Assembly: GCA_036172245.1 (NCBI GenBank)
Contig: JAYWIR010000014.1
Span: forward strand, 2,170,001 to 2,234,000
From: Raillietiella orientalis
Lineage: Eukaryota
Direction of reading: 5' to 3'
Length of the DNA stretch: 64,000 nucleotides
Position 1 is the stretch's first letter; each line of letters opens with the position of its first letter. The translations under genes and the position numbers were made by a program. Below are positions 27,130 through 39,555 of this stretch, one piece after another. A model generated the notes under the pieces. It made no database searches. It had not been told where the DNA came from and saw nothing but the letters and a program-made list of their open reading frames with translations.

Positions 27130-28010
27130 CACTGTTCGAGGACGATGTTCCGAGAGAGCCATCCATCTAATGGAGCAAGAATACGAAACGAGTGGTGTTC
27201 TCAGCTGACCACGTGGTGAATGACCGACAGCATCGATCAACCGAGCATGCTTTCCCGGGAACCTCAGAGTCGCTTGGAGAATTTCGGCAAAAGGATCTCC
27301 GAAGATGTCTCAAGACACGGACTTGGCATCCAACAGCTGCCTCTCAAGTCGAACAAGGATTCCGAGGGTTCCTGGAAATCGTCTCAAGAGCAGAAATCTT
27401 CCACAGAATGCCAGTTGCCATAACTATCTTGTTGCCAGCAAGACGCTGGCTTGTGCAGAGCTTTCCGTCCTTGAACACCAAAAAACAAAAAAAATGGACA
27501 GACGCGGAAATGCCAAGAGCACAAGTGAAGCAAAGTTTCAAGGAGAATAAGCCATCTGCCCGTGGACCGCCTCAAGGTGAAAATTCAGACAGAGGAGAGA
27601 ATTGGGAAACAGTGTTTCATCCTGATGGGCAAATCCGAAGGGAGAGGATTCTGATGCAGGCGATCACTTTGTCACAAGACGAAGCAGAAGCACCCGATAA
27701 CTCGAAGTGAGAAGCCGTCAGATGTCCTCTCCCCACGATTCTTGATCTTGGCTCGGTCTATGATGGGATCTGATTCTCCGAATGGCATTTCGAATGTAAC
27801 CCGGTAACACAGGGGCGCCACAATGCTAGCAAACTGCAACAAATAGAAGATGCGTAGCTCCAGCCTCCAAGGTATCGCCACGTGCACTGTCCCTAGACAC
27901 CAGCCTTCACCATAGCTAAAGACAGCACCGAAAACCACAGGCTACGGAGAGTTCCGTGGTGATTCGGGGACGTCACAGATCGCACCAAAAGATAATCTGG
28001 TGGATGCTCG
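27130..28010 (+). mobile_element. LINE ORF1 (decayed CCHC knuckles) and start of the endonuclease
   Basis: RRCLKTRTWHPTAASQ resembles QCxxCxxxGHxxxxC. TGYGEFRGDS resembles GYxxxRxDR. Confidence 0.35.
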
Positions 28011-28019
28011 TTTGAGACA

Positions 28020-28600
28020 AACGAGAGAGGCTTCGGGGATGCCTCCCATGAGCTTCTATATGCAGCAAAGTGGAGGTTCGGTGTTTTTTGATAGCCTCCT
28101 CCTGAGGCCGTCAGATCGTTCCGATGCATCTGGCGACGCGAAAATCCCCAAGGAAATGTAGAAAAAAAACAAAACAAAAAACGCTCCGGAGATGCAGTAG
28201 GCAAATGGATGAGAAGAATGCTGCGAAATTGTCTCAGCGAAGAAGTTCGCTCCAGCCAGGAACTGTTTCCCAGCCTAGGACCGTCCAGCGAGGGTTCTTG
28301 TTTCTTCGATCTTTTCTTTCCTTCCTCCTCCTTCTCCCCTTTCTTTCTTTCCTTCCTGTTTGGCATTTTTCACGCTGAGAGGAAACGCATCGAGCTCTTC
28401 GTCGTACCTACGCCTAGAGTTCCCATCAGAGTCTGCGCACGTCTTCCTTGCCGCCGTACGCTCTCGCCCTTCGCTTGCTCTTTGCTGTGACCAAGTGGGT
28501 GCTGCGCGATTTGTCACGAAGTGGAGTCGTGTCTCATGGATCCAGGACGAACCACGTCTGGGTGCTAAGGATGGAGCCACAGCTGGCACTTTAGACGGTT
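28020..28600 (-). pseudogene. Decayed two-HMG-box (HMGB-like) intronless pseudogene
   Basis: Across one frameshift: APTWSQ...DGNSRRRYDEELDAFP (end of box A, cf. DKxRYExEMxxY), basic linker KKRSKKQEPSLDGPR (cf. KKKDPNAPKRP), RQFRSILLIHLP, then HRNDLTASGGGYQK...AAY (box B). Confidence 0.45.
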
Positions 28601-29119
28601 TTAGACTCCCAGGACATGAACTTCAACTATAGTAAGGAGCTGTTGAGCAACAATAAATTGAGTCTTCCATGGTATTATTTATGCACTTCACAATTTATTG
28701 TAATTTTAACTTTCCAATTACTGAGTACCCATGGAGATCACAGATTTTTTCTGAAAAAAAAAAGAAGAAAAGGAAGAGCCCTGAAGATGGATGGCTCATC
28801 GGGACGTGACTCGAATCAAGCGGAGTCTTGCCCATGGTAAACCGCTGCTATTGCTATCCCCAGGGCAAGAGGAGTTCTTATAGAACATAGGACCGCTAAA
28901 TCCGTGAAGACCGATGCTCTCGTGGCTGAGGTAAACATCATAAAACTAGGGCACACAGAGGGTCAGGATTTACTCGAATGGTGTGGAACACGTGGATAGA
29001 AATGAGAGGGGAATTACTGAAGGAGAAGAAGCGAATGGCAGCATTTTTTCCGGAAAACAAACTGCATCTTAGGAAGATTAGAAAACTTCACCATTGAAAG
29101 AACCATTTCGGGATATTCA

Positions 29120-29480
29120 ATTTAAGAAAAGATCAGCGCTTCCAGTCGAACTGGAATGAAAATAAACTCTGGCGACAACTTCTCAACGACGCTGATTAAA
29201 GGAAGATCAAGGACACGAACGTGCTCAAGTAACGACGTGCATTCCAGCGAAACATCGTTGCTCCTCTTGCATTTGGCTGGGGCAATGGCGCAGAACAAAA
29301 GCTGAGAGTTGCACGCTGTCCAATATCTCCGACGAGAGTACCACACGATTTGGTCCAATGTTGCACCGACGCGCCTCACTTTTTTGTTGCACTGATCCAA
29401 GACGCCTATCTCTCCTACGGAAGAAAACGGTCAGCCGAATGGTCCCTCCACACAGATTTGGAGCGGCAATGCTCGTGCTG
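29120..29480 (-). mobile_element. BEL/Pao integrase Zn-binding fragment
   Basis: VGATLDQIVWYSRRRYWTAC...AKCKR...LLEHVRVLDLPL resembles HxGxxxxLxxxRxRYWI...CxxCxR...LPxxRVxxxxPF. Confidence 0.6.
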
Positions 29481-30249
29481 TTCTTGAGTGAAGAGCAGAG
29501 TGGGAAGGTCGGAAAGGAGGCTTTCGACCCCAGCCAACTTTCTCCCTTCCCCTTTGCTTCTAAGTGCTCACGACCTAGAGGATCGCCCTGTGGGTGCGCT
29601 GCACGTCTCTAGGGGAGCAGCAGGAGAGATGGAGAGTAGGAGAGGAAGAGGAAGGTGCATGGAACCCCGCAGGAGGACCCTCCGACTCCTAGCTTTCCTC
29701 CCACCCTGCGCTACCGGCACTCCGTGGGGCGGCACGGCCGCCAGCGCCGCTACAACAGACCGCAAAAGGGATGGGGAGCAAGTGCCTTTTCGTCCGAGGG
29801 GGTGCGCCGGTGTCGGAGGGCGGCATCCTGGAGGAGGGAGGGGTGCATGGGAAGAAAGGGTCCCCGAAAACCATCGCTCCCTCTGGAGTGGTAAAGGCAC
29901 GCACGTTCTCCAAGATCTTCCGGATGTCACCGGTTTAGCCTCTGCGGACTGCCTCTCTGACCCTGTCGGGGAGGCTCCTGGGGTGCGACGATCTGCCTCC
30001 TCCGCGCGGACCACCACCGCTTCTCCCTCTGGCGCACGCAGTCGCGCGCACGCGAGGGATTATACGGAAATCTCCCAGGGCAGGAGTTACGAACGACACG
30101 CTGCGAGAGAGCCACCAGTCGAGGACTCCAGAACCCGGAGACTGAGAGGAAAAGAGGTCAGGAACATGAAAGCCTCCTGGTCCTCCTGGCCAGTGTCCCC
30201 AACATCGGACGGAGGATGATCTCGGGACCCAAGAAGGAGCTCCTACCCC

Positions 30250-30830
30250 GGGAGTGGAAGGAAACCACGGGGCCGGAAAGGCCAAATGCTGACGGAGTGG
30301 GGTTTCCTTCAAGAGCACTTCCGAACAAGGTAGTCAGCACCGCGTTTCCTTACCCTGCAGCAACAAGAACCTCTTGTTTACCAAGAGGGTCCCAGGCTTT
30401 CGCCAGAACGAGCTCCCTGTTTCCCTTCCATCCGCACGCTCCTGCCATTCCCCAACGGATGGACGGCAACACTGGAGCCTGCCATATCGGTCTCATCATC
30501 CGAGATGCCATTTGCTGTTTGGAAGATCACGGCAGGATAACACCTCAGCCTCGAGAAGCCCCGGTCCCTGGAGTGGTTGCCGCTACTGATTTCTATCTCT
30601 CGTGTCCATGGTGACCTCATCTTTGCGAAGGTTCACCGGTTTCGGCTCCTGAGCGTCATGCACTGCCAGAGACTCCCGAGCCCGCATGTTTGAATTCCCA
30701 TTTTCACGGGGGAGCTGCCCTTCGTCCCAAGAATCCTTCGTCTCCGCGGTCATCATCTCCTCACTGCCATCGGAGGATCTCTTTTAGATCGTCCTTTCAG
30801 ATGCTACCCTTCTTCAACCTCTCGACCTGA
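30250..30830 (-). mobile_element. Gypsy integrase C-terminal fragment
   Basis: KDSWDEGQLPVKMGIQT resembles WDxxLPxxxxAYxT. GSSVAV...SLGPSW*TRG...DYLV resembles the GPY/F region. Confidence 0.55.
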
Positions 30831-30839
30831 CAAAGGGGG

Positions 30840-31730
30840 AATGAGTTGTGCTACAATTCGGCAAACCGCGGAGGGCCGAGGGGGGTCTCGAAGGGAGGAG
30901 GGGAGCGGGAACTGGCGGGATGACATCCCGTGCACAGGATGCTCAGCAGGCTTCGCGGATCGCCGCTTCGGATTTGCTGAGACCCCGACGGAGGTCTTTC
31001 CCGGTTCCTCCGTCGTGTTGCTATTCGGCACCGTGGTCGGAAAACGCCCTGTACCTCGAATTCCAGAACTGAGGACGCGAGTGATGTCGTGGGAAAGGAG
31101 ACAGGGAGAGCACGCCGCCTCCAAGCCACTGGAGGAAACATATGGGCATCCTGAGCAGCTGGAAGGCGAACGAGCTGCGGAACGCTGCCGCCCACTCCTC
31201 ATTCCCGGCCGAAAGGACCGCTTCGGTGGGGCAAGCTTTTGGGTGTCCCCCACCCCTCCAAGGAATCGTGTGCCCTCCTTGGGAAACTTCGGTGTTCTCC
31301 TTCAGATGGAAGCGGGACACGCTTCTGTTTCCGCACTGGGACTTCCGAAGCAACCAGCATAGGCATCTGGTTTCCTGGGAAAGTTGCGCCCCCTGCACTG
31401 TCTAAGGTGCGGGGCGACTGAATCGTCTCCGCCTCTTGATGGAATGTGATGCTCTCCGGGAAGTTTGACGCGGGCTGGCGTCAACGCTCCTGCACCCTGC
31501 GGGCAGCGCCGTGGTCTTGCTGCGGCGATTCTTCGCGCGCGAGAGGCTGGACTCTCGAAAGTAGCCGGTGATCGCGCAGTTGTCACATCCCGTGGTGGAG
31601 TCGCGGGCAAAGCGAAGGGAGGCTGCCCACGCAGCAGCAGTCGCCTTCACGAGGACGGCCACGAGATGGTCTCACCTGGAAGAAGACGACAAATCGCCAC
31701 ATCCTGCGCCGGTACTGAGACAGAAGGAGA
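30840..31730 (+). mobile_element. Degenerate BEL/Pao gag
   Basis: DIPCTGCSAGFADRRFGF resembles LPxFxGxxxxFxxWxxxF. ASKPLEETYGHPEQL resembles AxxxLxxxYGxPxxI. Knuckle remnant GCPRSSSRLH. Confidence 0.6.
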
Positions 31731-31739
31731 GCCCAACCT

Positions 31740-31915
31740 TAGAGATCCCTGTCATCGCCGTCCCTTTATTTATTCATTGCCCTCCCTCCCGCTTCGGACA
31801 TCCTCAGAATCAGACCTGCGTGCCAGTGAACTCTTCCTTCGAACTCCTTTTTATTTGCCCTTGTTTCGGGAACCGTCTTCCCTACTTGCTTGTTTATTCC
31901 TTTCAGATGAACTCC
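31740..31915 (+). mobile_element. 3' end of a SET-domain-like gene, inverted homologue of 36460-36640
   Basis: DNA cgcttcggacatcctcag...gacctgcgtgccagtgaactc and ttgtttcgggaac...ttgtttatt match the reverse complement of 36470-36610. Peptide SDLRASELFL resembles RDIxxGEEL. Confidence 0.5.
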
Positions 31916-32149
31916 CCAGCTTGACCTTGTCATCGGGACAACGGGACCATTTATTCAAAGTAAATAAATCAAATCGGAAAAGCACAGACCGGATCCGGAG
32001 AGCCCACCATTGCAGGAGACAGAACGAGGGAGTAGTGAAGGGAGATGAGCGAGAGACGATAAGTAAGGGAATGAATAGGAGTTGGAGAGGTCTTACCGCA
32101 TCCCGCTGATTCCCGAGGGCTCGCGTCAGGCAAAGAAGGAGACGGAAAT

Positions 32150-33100
32150 TGGTCAGGCTCTCCACCGGCTTCGAATCAGTCTACCCACAAGAGTTGGCAG
32201 GTTCCTTCTGTGCTCCGCTTCCCAGATTGGGCCATTTTATCGTCCCTCAGCATGCAAGCGATGGCCATATCCAGCGGTTCCCGGGATTCCGGCCTCATGC
32301 TTCCTCCCTCGTCCCCTCCCTCAATTTGGTAGCCACCGTTGCTCGTACGTGACAAAGCATCGTCGGCGACAAGATGACGGGAAAGTCCGGAGACGTTGGC
32401 ATCTCCTTAAAGAGGTCTTCTGGGGCAGCCATCTTGGAATCGAAGGACCACCAGTGATGCCTTCCATCCCGGACGCAGCCTCCCGCATTTCGGTAGAACG
32501 TGCGGGAGCGCTTCCAACTGTCCCACATCCCCAATGATTCCATCCATCTTTGGGACCCTGGGTTGGAACTTTTGGAGTGGTCTCAGCTCTACAGAAGAGG
32601 AATTTTCGACTCGCCTGTGGACCTGATGGAAGCGAGAAAATACCTTCTTCTGACTCACAGGGCTGAGTTCCCGACTTGCCTCCCTCACTGCGGTTTCATT
32701 CCAGTTGCGGGTGACGTCAAACAGGGCGGTGGTGAGCGGGGTGAGCGAATCAAAAGCCAGACACCCTATTCGCGAATCGTGTGACCAAGGAGGAAGCACG
32801 CCGGGCACGAGGAGGGAGTGCCACCTTTCCGAGAAACAGCAGAATGGAGTAGAAAGTAGTGAGAGGGCATGCCGATGGCAGACGGAAGACGGTCACTGAC
32901 TCCCTATCGAGAGCCACTTGGTCGGTGCCATCCCAGTCCTGATGAAGGTCATGAGCAATCGCACACGAGTAGGGTCACATCTCGGAAGTTTGGGGTCCTC
33001 ACCGAGCTGCTTCGGCGTTGCCGAGGCGTTTATAGAGATAGACAGCAGGCTTACAAATTCGTGGTAGAACACGTGGTCCTACCACGCTCAAATTGAAAAA
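32150..33100 (-). mobile_element. Degenerate Crypton-like tyrosine recombinase (copy YR-A)
   Basis: CLAFDSLTPLTTALFDVT (first Arg region), RVENSSSVELRP (VxxHKTxxxxGP), LSPTMLCHVRAT (TxLRxxxAT), GYGHRLHAEGR* (MGHxxxxxxxY). Its 3' flank 31925-32140 is homologous to 39337-39555. Confidence 0.55.
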
Positions 33101-33199
33101 GGACTTGAAGAGTTGATGGTACGCAGACCGGCGAGATTCTCCTCCGCAGCGTAGGGGAGGGAGGAAAATAAAAAGAAGAATAAAATAAAAATGAAATAA

Positions 33200-35250
33200 A
33201 AAAAAAAAGGACATTATGGAGAGCCGGAAAGGTATTACGGTCTGCTGGAGGGAGTCCTCTATATCCTTTCCAGGATGCCAGCGAGGCCCGTCTGCACAGC
33301 GCCCTGGTGGAGCCATCTAGTTGCTATTGGTAGGCATCGGACTGCAAGCTGGATGGCTCGTCCTCCGTCGGAGCAGCTCCAGACTGCCACAATCCTGCCT
33401 GAATCCTGCGGATGCAGCAAAGAGCTGCTGTTTTGCGGCTGGCGTTAGGGCATCCCGCACGAAAAGGGGTCGTGAAACATCCCTGGGGTTGTAAACCGGG
33501 GTCTGCAGGGTCGCGGCAAAGCGTTCTTACAGGGATCGGAGAGCAGCACAGTCCAAAAGCAGCTGCGGGAGGAATTCCCGTTCCCCGAACAGTCCAGGCT
33601 CACCCTCCCCAGCGTCGGGTGGTGTCTGTTGTCGGGAGTTGCAGTGAAGACCCCAGAACAACAGCCGAAGTGCTGACTCTTGCCATTTCAGGGGGAGGGA
33701 GCTGTTGTCCAGGAACGCTAGGGGCGACTTCAAGTCTTCAGTAAGAATACTCAGCAGCTCATCCCAGGTTGAAGTCCCCGTGGAAGGTCACTTGGGGTCG
33801 CAGCATCCGCTAGCTGCTCCATGGTGCAACCACTCAGTTTTTCCTCCTACCTGCGAACTCGCAAGGGAATTCCCACCTCTCCAGTAGGCTGCTGCCATCA
33901 GACTATCTTAGGGAGGACAACGCTGCGGAAAGAAGGATCAGTTCCTTTCACGCTCTCGTGCTGGGACTCTCCAGGATCTTCCACTGCGAGCAGCGAGTGC
34001 AGATACCGAGCCGTAGGCAGTTCCACGTCTCCGAGCTGGGCTCATTAAGCTTCGTCCACGTGTCAACTGTTTCTTGTAGCCAGGCGCTACAGCTGGCGGG
34101 GCAGCAGGACGGAAGTTTGACGAGGAATGAGAAAAGGTCAGAAACCGGCAGGCCATCTTCCAGGAGAGGTGGTTCGGGACAAGGGAGAAAGACTGCTTCT
34201 GCATGCCTTGTGTCGAGAAACCGCTGATTTTGTCTGCAAAGTTCGATATCGGTGTCTGAAAAAGTCCCCACAAACAAGGGGACAGGGGAAGAAGAGAACG
34301 GGTGTATTTTTCCTCCCGCGTGTATTAGGAAGGAACGTTTTTCTCTCGGGAAAGTTCGGTGCAGATATCTGCCTGGAGGAAAAATTGAGGACACCGGACC
34401 CAAGACGAGGAAAAGTCACGTGCTGCTGCTAGGCGGCCGGGATGCTGCAGATCATCAGAGTCGACCAAAAACCATCGGGGAGAGAGTCCCACAAAGGGGG
34501 ATCCCGTAGGTACTTCGCGTTGCTTTGTTCGCCCTCTTCCTCGGTGCCGCCCACTTTCGGAAAATCGGCGCCTCTTGCCGAGGCTAATTTTTTTTTTTGC
34601 CCTTTCTTCCTTCTCTCTTCGTGGGAGATCTTGACGACCTTGGCAGAGTGCAGGGAGCCTCTAATCTTCGATATTGGAGGGCATCTGCTGGCCTCCCTCC
34701 CGTTTCACAGAAGGAGGGCTGGAAACGGCGTTTCTGGATCGCCTCCATTCTGCGTACCTGTGGCTGCCGGGCGTTTTCCGAGGAGGTCACTCGCGTTCCG
34801 CTTCCCGGAGTGCGACCCACGGATCTTCTGCCTCTAGCAGCTTCCAGTTCACAGGATGAAACAGGAGGCGTTTCCCTCCCTACAGAAGAAATTCTATCCA
34901 GAAGCCATCCTCAGGACTCGACTTCTCTTGACGCTTACGGTGCAAAAAAAAAAAAAAAAGAGAAAAGAAAACGGAAGGTCCAGGTGCCAGTTCCATCCTT
35001 CTCCTCTCCCTCCCTCTTTGTTCTTGAATTTTCCTCTGAGGAGTCCCTGCTGCCAAACGCAGACACGGCGTGATCCTGGAGCGTGTTCCTGATGCAGCCA
35101 TCTCGATTATTTGTAAGATGACTTGGCTGACAAAAATGGTAATGAGGAAAGGAGGAGAATTACGCGAGCGCTCCTTTGGGTCCGCAGCCCTCCCAGCAGT
35201 CGCGCTCCGTCAGGTTTCTCCTCCTCCCTTCCTTCCTTGGGAGGGGAAAA
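33200..35250 (-). mobile_element. Degenerate DIRS-like retrotransposon (RT end, RNase H, MT-like region, YR)
   Basis: Collinear: LRTQRSARVILLLSSLPFLSAKS (LRxxGxxxxxYLDDxLIxAxS), LQYRRLEA (HINxLELxA), LGSGVLNFSSRQISAP (WGxPxVDLFASxxN), GLFQTPISNF (YAFPPxxLI), STWDELLSIL (PxWDLxxVL), DCAALRSL (CPVRAL), PSSLQSDA...ASWKG (HSxRxxA...AxWxS). Confidence 0.75.
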
Positions 35251-35269
35251 GGAAAAAAAAAAAAAAAGG

Positions 35270-36450
35270 AAAAAATCGATAATCCGTTTGGAGGCTTCTG
35301 CAAAGCTGCTCTTCTTCCGCACTTTCACAAATTCCGATCCGATTAAGCGCCTCATCACGGTTCCCGGTCCTTCGTAATCGAAACCGCGAGCAGCCTTTTA
35401 TCCGGGGGTGATGAAGTTTCTGCTCATCTCGGCAGCTCTTCCTCCTGGATTCGATCTTGCTCCTCGTACCCTGACAATCAGGTGGATTAGCGCATCCCCT
35501 CTTCATCCGGCGAATCATCTTCCCCGCAAGACCCCGGACGAGCCACCCGAGACCACGACGGCCATCACAAGCATTTTCCGGAGTCCTCCGCATTATCCTG
35601 AGTTTCCGCTCTTTGCCATCCTGAGCCCGCTCCTGCTCTCTCCAGCGGAGCACGATCCTCCTCTGGCCTCCTCTTCTCGCGCATCTCCTCCTGTGACTCG
35701 GACGTTGACCGGAAGTTTTTCGGGAAGCGGAGGAGAGCAAGGTCACGGGTCGGGTTCCTCCTCCCTTGGTGGAGATACTCGCGAGCGTCCGTTGCCCGCA
35801 CCCACCGTCGGGTCAGGGTACCCGGTCCTCGAGGCCGGCATCTCCTGGCTGGGGCGGCGAGGAAGGAAACAGGAGCGCGAGGCGGCAGCTAGGACGGAAG
35901 AGGAGGGGAGGGAGTCTCGTGTCCCGGCCTCGCCGTCGGAGGTCGCACACCGCGTGAGCGCCAGGATGAGCAGGCGACGTGCTGCAGCTCGCTCATTTCG
36001 CGGGAGCTTCATATGTCCCGACGGGCGGGAGCGGACCAGCTGATGGTGCGCGCTCTGCGGATTGCCAATTCATGCATGTTGCACTCCTTAATCCCCCGCC
36101 TGTCCGACGAGCAGCCGGGAGACACAGATGGGGATCGATCTCGCCATCGGTGCCTCATGTATCCGGACGCCGCAGCGCATCTTGAAATCGCTACGTGCAG
36201 CATCCTCAACGTCTTGATCGGCCACCTCAGAAAGGTGAGGCATGCACGATGGCAAACGCTGGAAGGCGGCAGCCCTGTGGCTCCCGGAGTGAAGTCATCT
36301 CTCCGACCTGAATTCGGCCCGGGGGAGGGGAGAGCGCAGTCAGGTAGCGGGAGGATGCTCGCGTCCATTCGAAACGGCGGCGGCAGCGAGAATTCGAGGA
36401 AGCACTCAGAGGAGGAGAAGGAAGGGAGGAGGAGGAGGATTTTCTCCCGG
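35270..36450 (-). mobile_element. CR1-like LINE ORF1 relic (PHD-like N-terminus plus RRM-like region)
   Basis: PDCAL...SVCHRACL...SRCAA resembles a PHD finger. KERKLRIMRRTPE resembles RxxNLxIxGIPE. HPRIKGCSRF resembles PRPIxVxF. Confidence 0.4.
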
Positions 36451-36456
36451 AGACTC

Positions 36457-39398
36457 CGGGGCATTTGTTTTATGAAAATAAACAACAAGTAAGCAAAAAG
36501 GCAGTTCCCGAAACAACAACAGGAAGAAGAGACGTTCATCTGGAGGGTCTACCGACATTCAAGTCGCTTACTGGGGTATTCCGGAGCGAAAGTAAGAAGA
36601 ACAATAAATTAATAGCAAGAAAAAATGAAAGGCTGGGGATAGACGTCTTTAGCATTTGAAGCTCCTTTCTCATTAGAAATGGCGCACAATCCCAGCGATC
36701 TCCGTCCTTGACTTCTTCCAGTAGGTGCCAGGGAGGAGGGAAGTGTTCGGAACGCATGCTTTTTCTTTGCTCCTCGGGAACGCAAGCGTCGGTTTGCGCG
36801 GTTATCCTCTGCTCGGTGGGGTCTTAGGGGGTGACGCTGCCTTAAAAGAGCCGAAAACTTCAGAATCGTGGGCGAACCGACCTCACTTATTGGGAGAACG
36901 GAGGGTTCACATAAAACGGCATCCCGGCCCTTTTATTTCATCTATTCCCGGACTGACCCTTTTGACAACAACGGCGAAAGCACTTTGACCACGGAGCTCC
37001 AAAACGGCTGAATCACGACAGCGAGAAAAAGACCGCGTCCCATCCATCTCATCCCTGTTCCAGCGATTCATCACAGCTCTAGTCAGGATGAGGAAGCAAT
37101 GGAAAGAAACGCGGGCGCCGTGCAACACTGGTGGTGCGGCGCAGCTTCCCTGGTAGAACGCAAGATCGCGCGCGTGCGGCGGTGAGCGCTCTCTTCCACA
37201 GGAAGGCGAGTTTCTCCTTGGCAGCGTAGGGGAGAGGGTGCAACTTCCGCTCTCTTCTACAAGGACGGTCGGGTGGACTGGTTGGCCATCGAGTGGTCCA
37301 TCTCGATCACTGCAAAAGTTCACGTGGCGGATTTTTCTTGCATGCAAGCGGAGCTACGTTATTGACTCATCGATGCACTCCGCACTCACCGCCTCCGTCC
37401 TCGAGGCTGCGCACCCGACAGTGGGCGACCTTACCATTCGCCTGTTATCGGATAACGCTAGGGCTAGGTTGATGAGTTGCGCACGTCCGTGATGCACCCA
37501 TCGCGCTGGACTGCGAACCTAGGATGACTGGATCAAATGACCACGCCTTTTTGGACGAGCACTCATGCCCGCGGGTCCAGTGCAGAAGTCAGCAAAGATT
37601 CAAAGATCGAACCAGAGCCAGTGCTGCCTGAGAAGAGGCCGCCCAAGAGCAGCTGGTGGAAGGATGCTAGGGGACATGCCAAGTCAATCAAGAGCGAAGG
37701 AGATCCTCCACGGTCTGCTGCGTGGCTTTGCTCCGGGGTCGCGGTCGCTCCGAGCGTGCCGTCCGGGCTTCTGAGTTCGCTTTTCCATCTCCAATTGCCC
37801 ACAGGCTTCAGGAAAAAGGTGGGCGGCAGTGGCACCTTACTTCGGGTGCGCATCCTTTCCCGGAGCGCGGACAATCCTCTCTGGAGAAAAACCGAGCCAG
37901 GGCCGAGAGGTGAACGTGCAGTCCGGGGCATCCTGCCTACTAGATGAACAATGTCACGAGCTCCGGCCGAGACACTCTACAGCCGCGTGAGGTCGTCCTA
38001 CTTTTCCGTGTACGGAACGAGAGATTCCGCACTGCAGTTGCTGCCGGAAGGCGCTTCTGCCATACAGGATGAGTAGCGTTCAAGTCTCCGTGGTCCCTCA
38101 GCAATGGCAGAAATCCTGAATGGCATCGCAAAAGCTCAAGAAGCAAAGAGCATCAGGGAAAGACGGCCTGACAGCAGAGCTTCATCCACGAGTTTGAGTC
38201 CCCTGGTGTTGCAATTGACAGAGCTGATCAGTGAGATGGCGACGTGCCTGCATCCCTTCCATCGGTGAATTTTCGTTCGCTTCCCATGGGAAGAGATTTG
38301 AGCAGCCCGAGCAACTGACGTTCGACTGCAGCTGTGAATCCCGACATCAGGTTGGCTTCTAAGCCTTGGGTTGCGCGACTGGGGCAGAGGGCAAACTCCC
38401 TGATTAACTCTTGGAGCAGGTTTGAGCTGTTCTGAACGCAGACCTGGATTCAGGCCGCAGGATCCTGTCGCTCTCGATAGCCTCAAGGCTCCTCATTGCA
38501 GCGTCCGATACGAGCAAAGGGTGCAGCAAGCGGCAGGGAAAGTCGGTAACCCTGGAGATCGCAGTCGACTATACAAAGACTTTCGACTGCGCCAACAGGG
38601 AACCACTGGAGCCTTCGGCCCGGCTTGGATTCCTGGCCAGCCCGCTGACTACCTGCGCTCCGCACGACGAGATGCAATAAATCAACGCTTCTTTCAGCGG
38701 CACCGCCACGTAAACCGCGAACCTGAAGGCAGGCGACGCTAGCACCGGTGGGTGCGAAGAGAAGGAATGCGTGCCCAAAATGTGCCAGGTTAGGGCAGAT
38801 CGAGTCGCTCCTGAACCTGCTCCTGGACCGCCAGCTTCTTCGCAGAGAGTGGCGACAGCCTTATTGCATCCGAAGGACTTCTCTCGGCAGCTCCTGCGGC
38901 AGTCCTTTCGTCGCTTCTCGAAAGTCGGGCGGTGCTGTGCTGCACCCGCGCTGCAGCGGCGGCAACTCACCGCGTGGTAGAGAAGCGGCCGCATGGGAGG
39001 AACGACAGTCCGTCTGATCCCCCCCACGGGGAAGAGGGTGCAAAGATGGCTTCGCCTCTGGTCAGAATTCAAGGAAGAACACCTCCCGCATCGCAGACAT
39101 GCTGTAAGGAGGACGCGGGACCGTCACCCGGTGGCTTTTTTCTTCCCTTTTATTGAATTGCGGCACACATCCGACGTAATCTCTTCCTTTCATTCCAAAG
39201 TACTATTGAAGTACTTTGTACAATTTTTCCTTTTTTGTCTTACGTGGGACCGGCCTACGAGTAGGCGCAATCCTTCACTGCATTTTTATGATTCGCATCA
39301 TCCCTTACAGATTGAAAATAAACATCTCAGAGGAATCCTTCCCATCCCGGATTGCCGGACCATTTAGCTAAATAAAATTTACAGTTACAAATGCCCCG
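36457..39398 (-). mobile_element. Degenerate ZnF - tyrosine recombinase - SET-like cassette bounded by a 12-bp inverted repeat
   Basis: N-terminal C2H2-like remnants (LFPVGGIRRTVVPPMRPLLYH; LTWHILGTH). YR remnants: PEQSHAADRGGSPSL, CITDVRNSST, KVAHCRVRSLE. SET-like: LRGQSAFAV...GIDEIKG and PVSDLNVG. Exact inverted repeat cggggcatttgt (36457-36468) / acaaatgccccg (39387-39398). Confidence 0.55.
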
Positions 39399-39555
39399 AC
39401 ACATGGTCCACCCAAACCAAAGGGACTGCCCTTACGGCAGAGAGAACCAGAGAAACGTGGAGGGAAAGTAGTGAAGTCAATAAGTAAATAAGCAAATAGA
39501 GAATGGGATAGGCTGGCCTCACGGGACGGGCCTGTGTCGGGAAGAGAAGGAAAGG

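Noticed and set aside
29488..30219. 243-aa plus-strand ORF
   Set aside because: GC-rich, low-complexity translation with similarly open frames on both strands and no recognisable motif. Left unassigned.
35270..35750. Myb/SANT-like (Harbinger ORF2) reading of the minus-strand ORF 35210-35746
   Set aside because: The same stretch fits LINE ORF1 motifs better (RxxNLxIxGIPE, PRPIxVxF) and has a PHD-like region upstream. No Harbinger transposase lies nearby.
36473..39324. 12-bp direct repeat tgaaaataaaca (36473-36484 and 39313-39324) as a TSD or att site
   Set aside because: It is AT-rich, contains AATAAA and lies inside the inverted-repeat pair, so chance or poly(A)-signal similarity is likely. 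Recorded only as a caveat.
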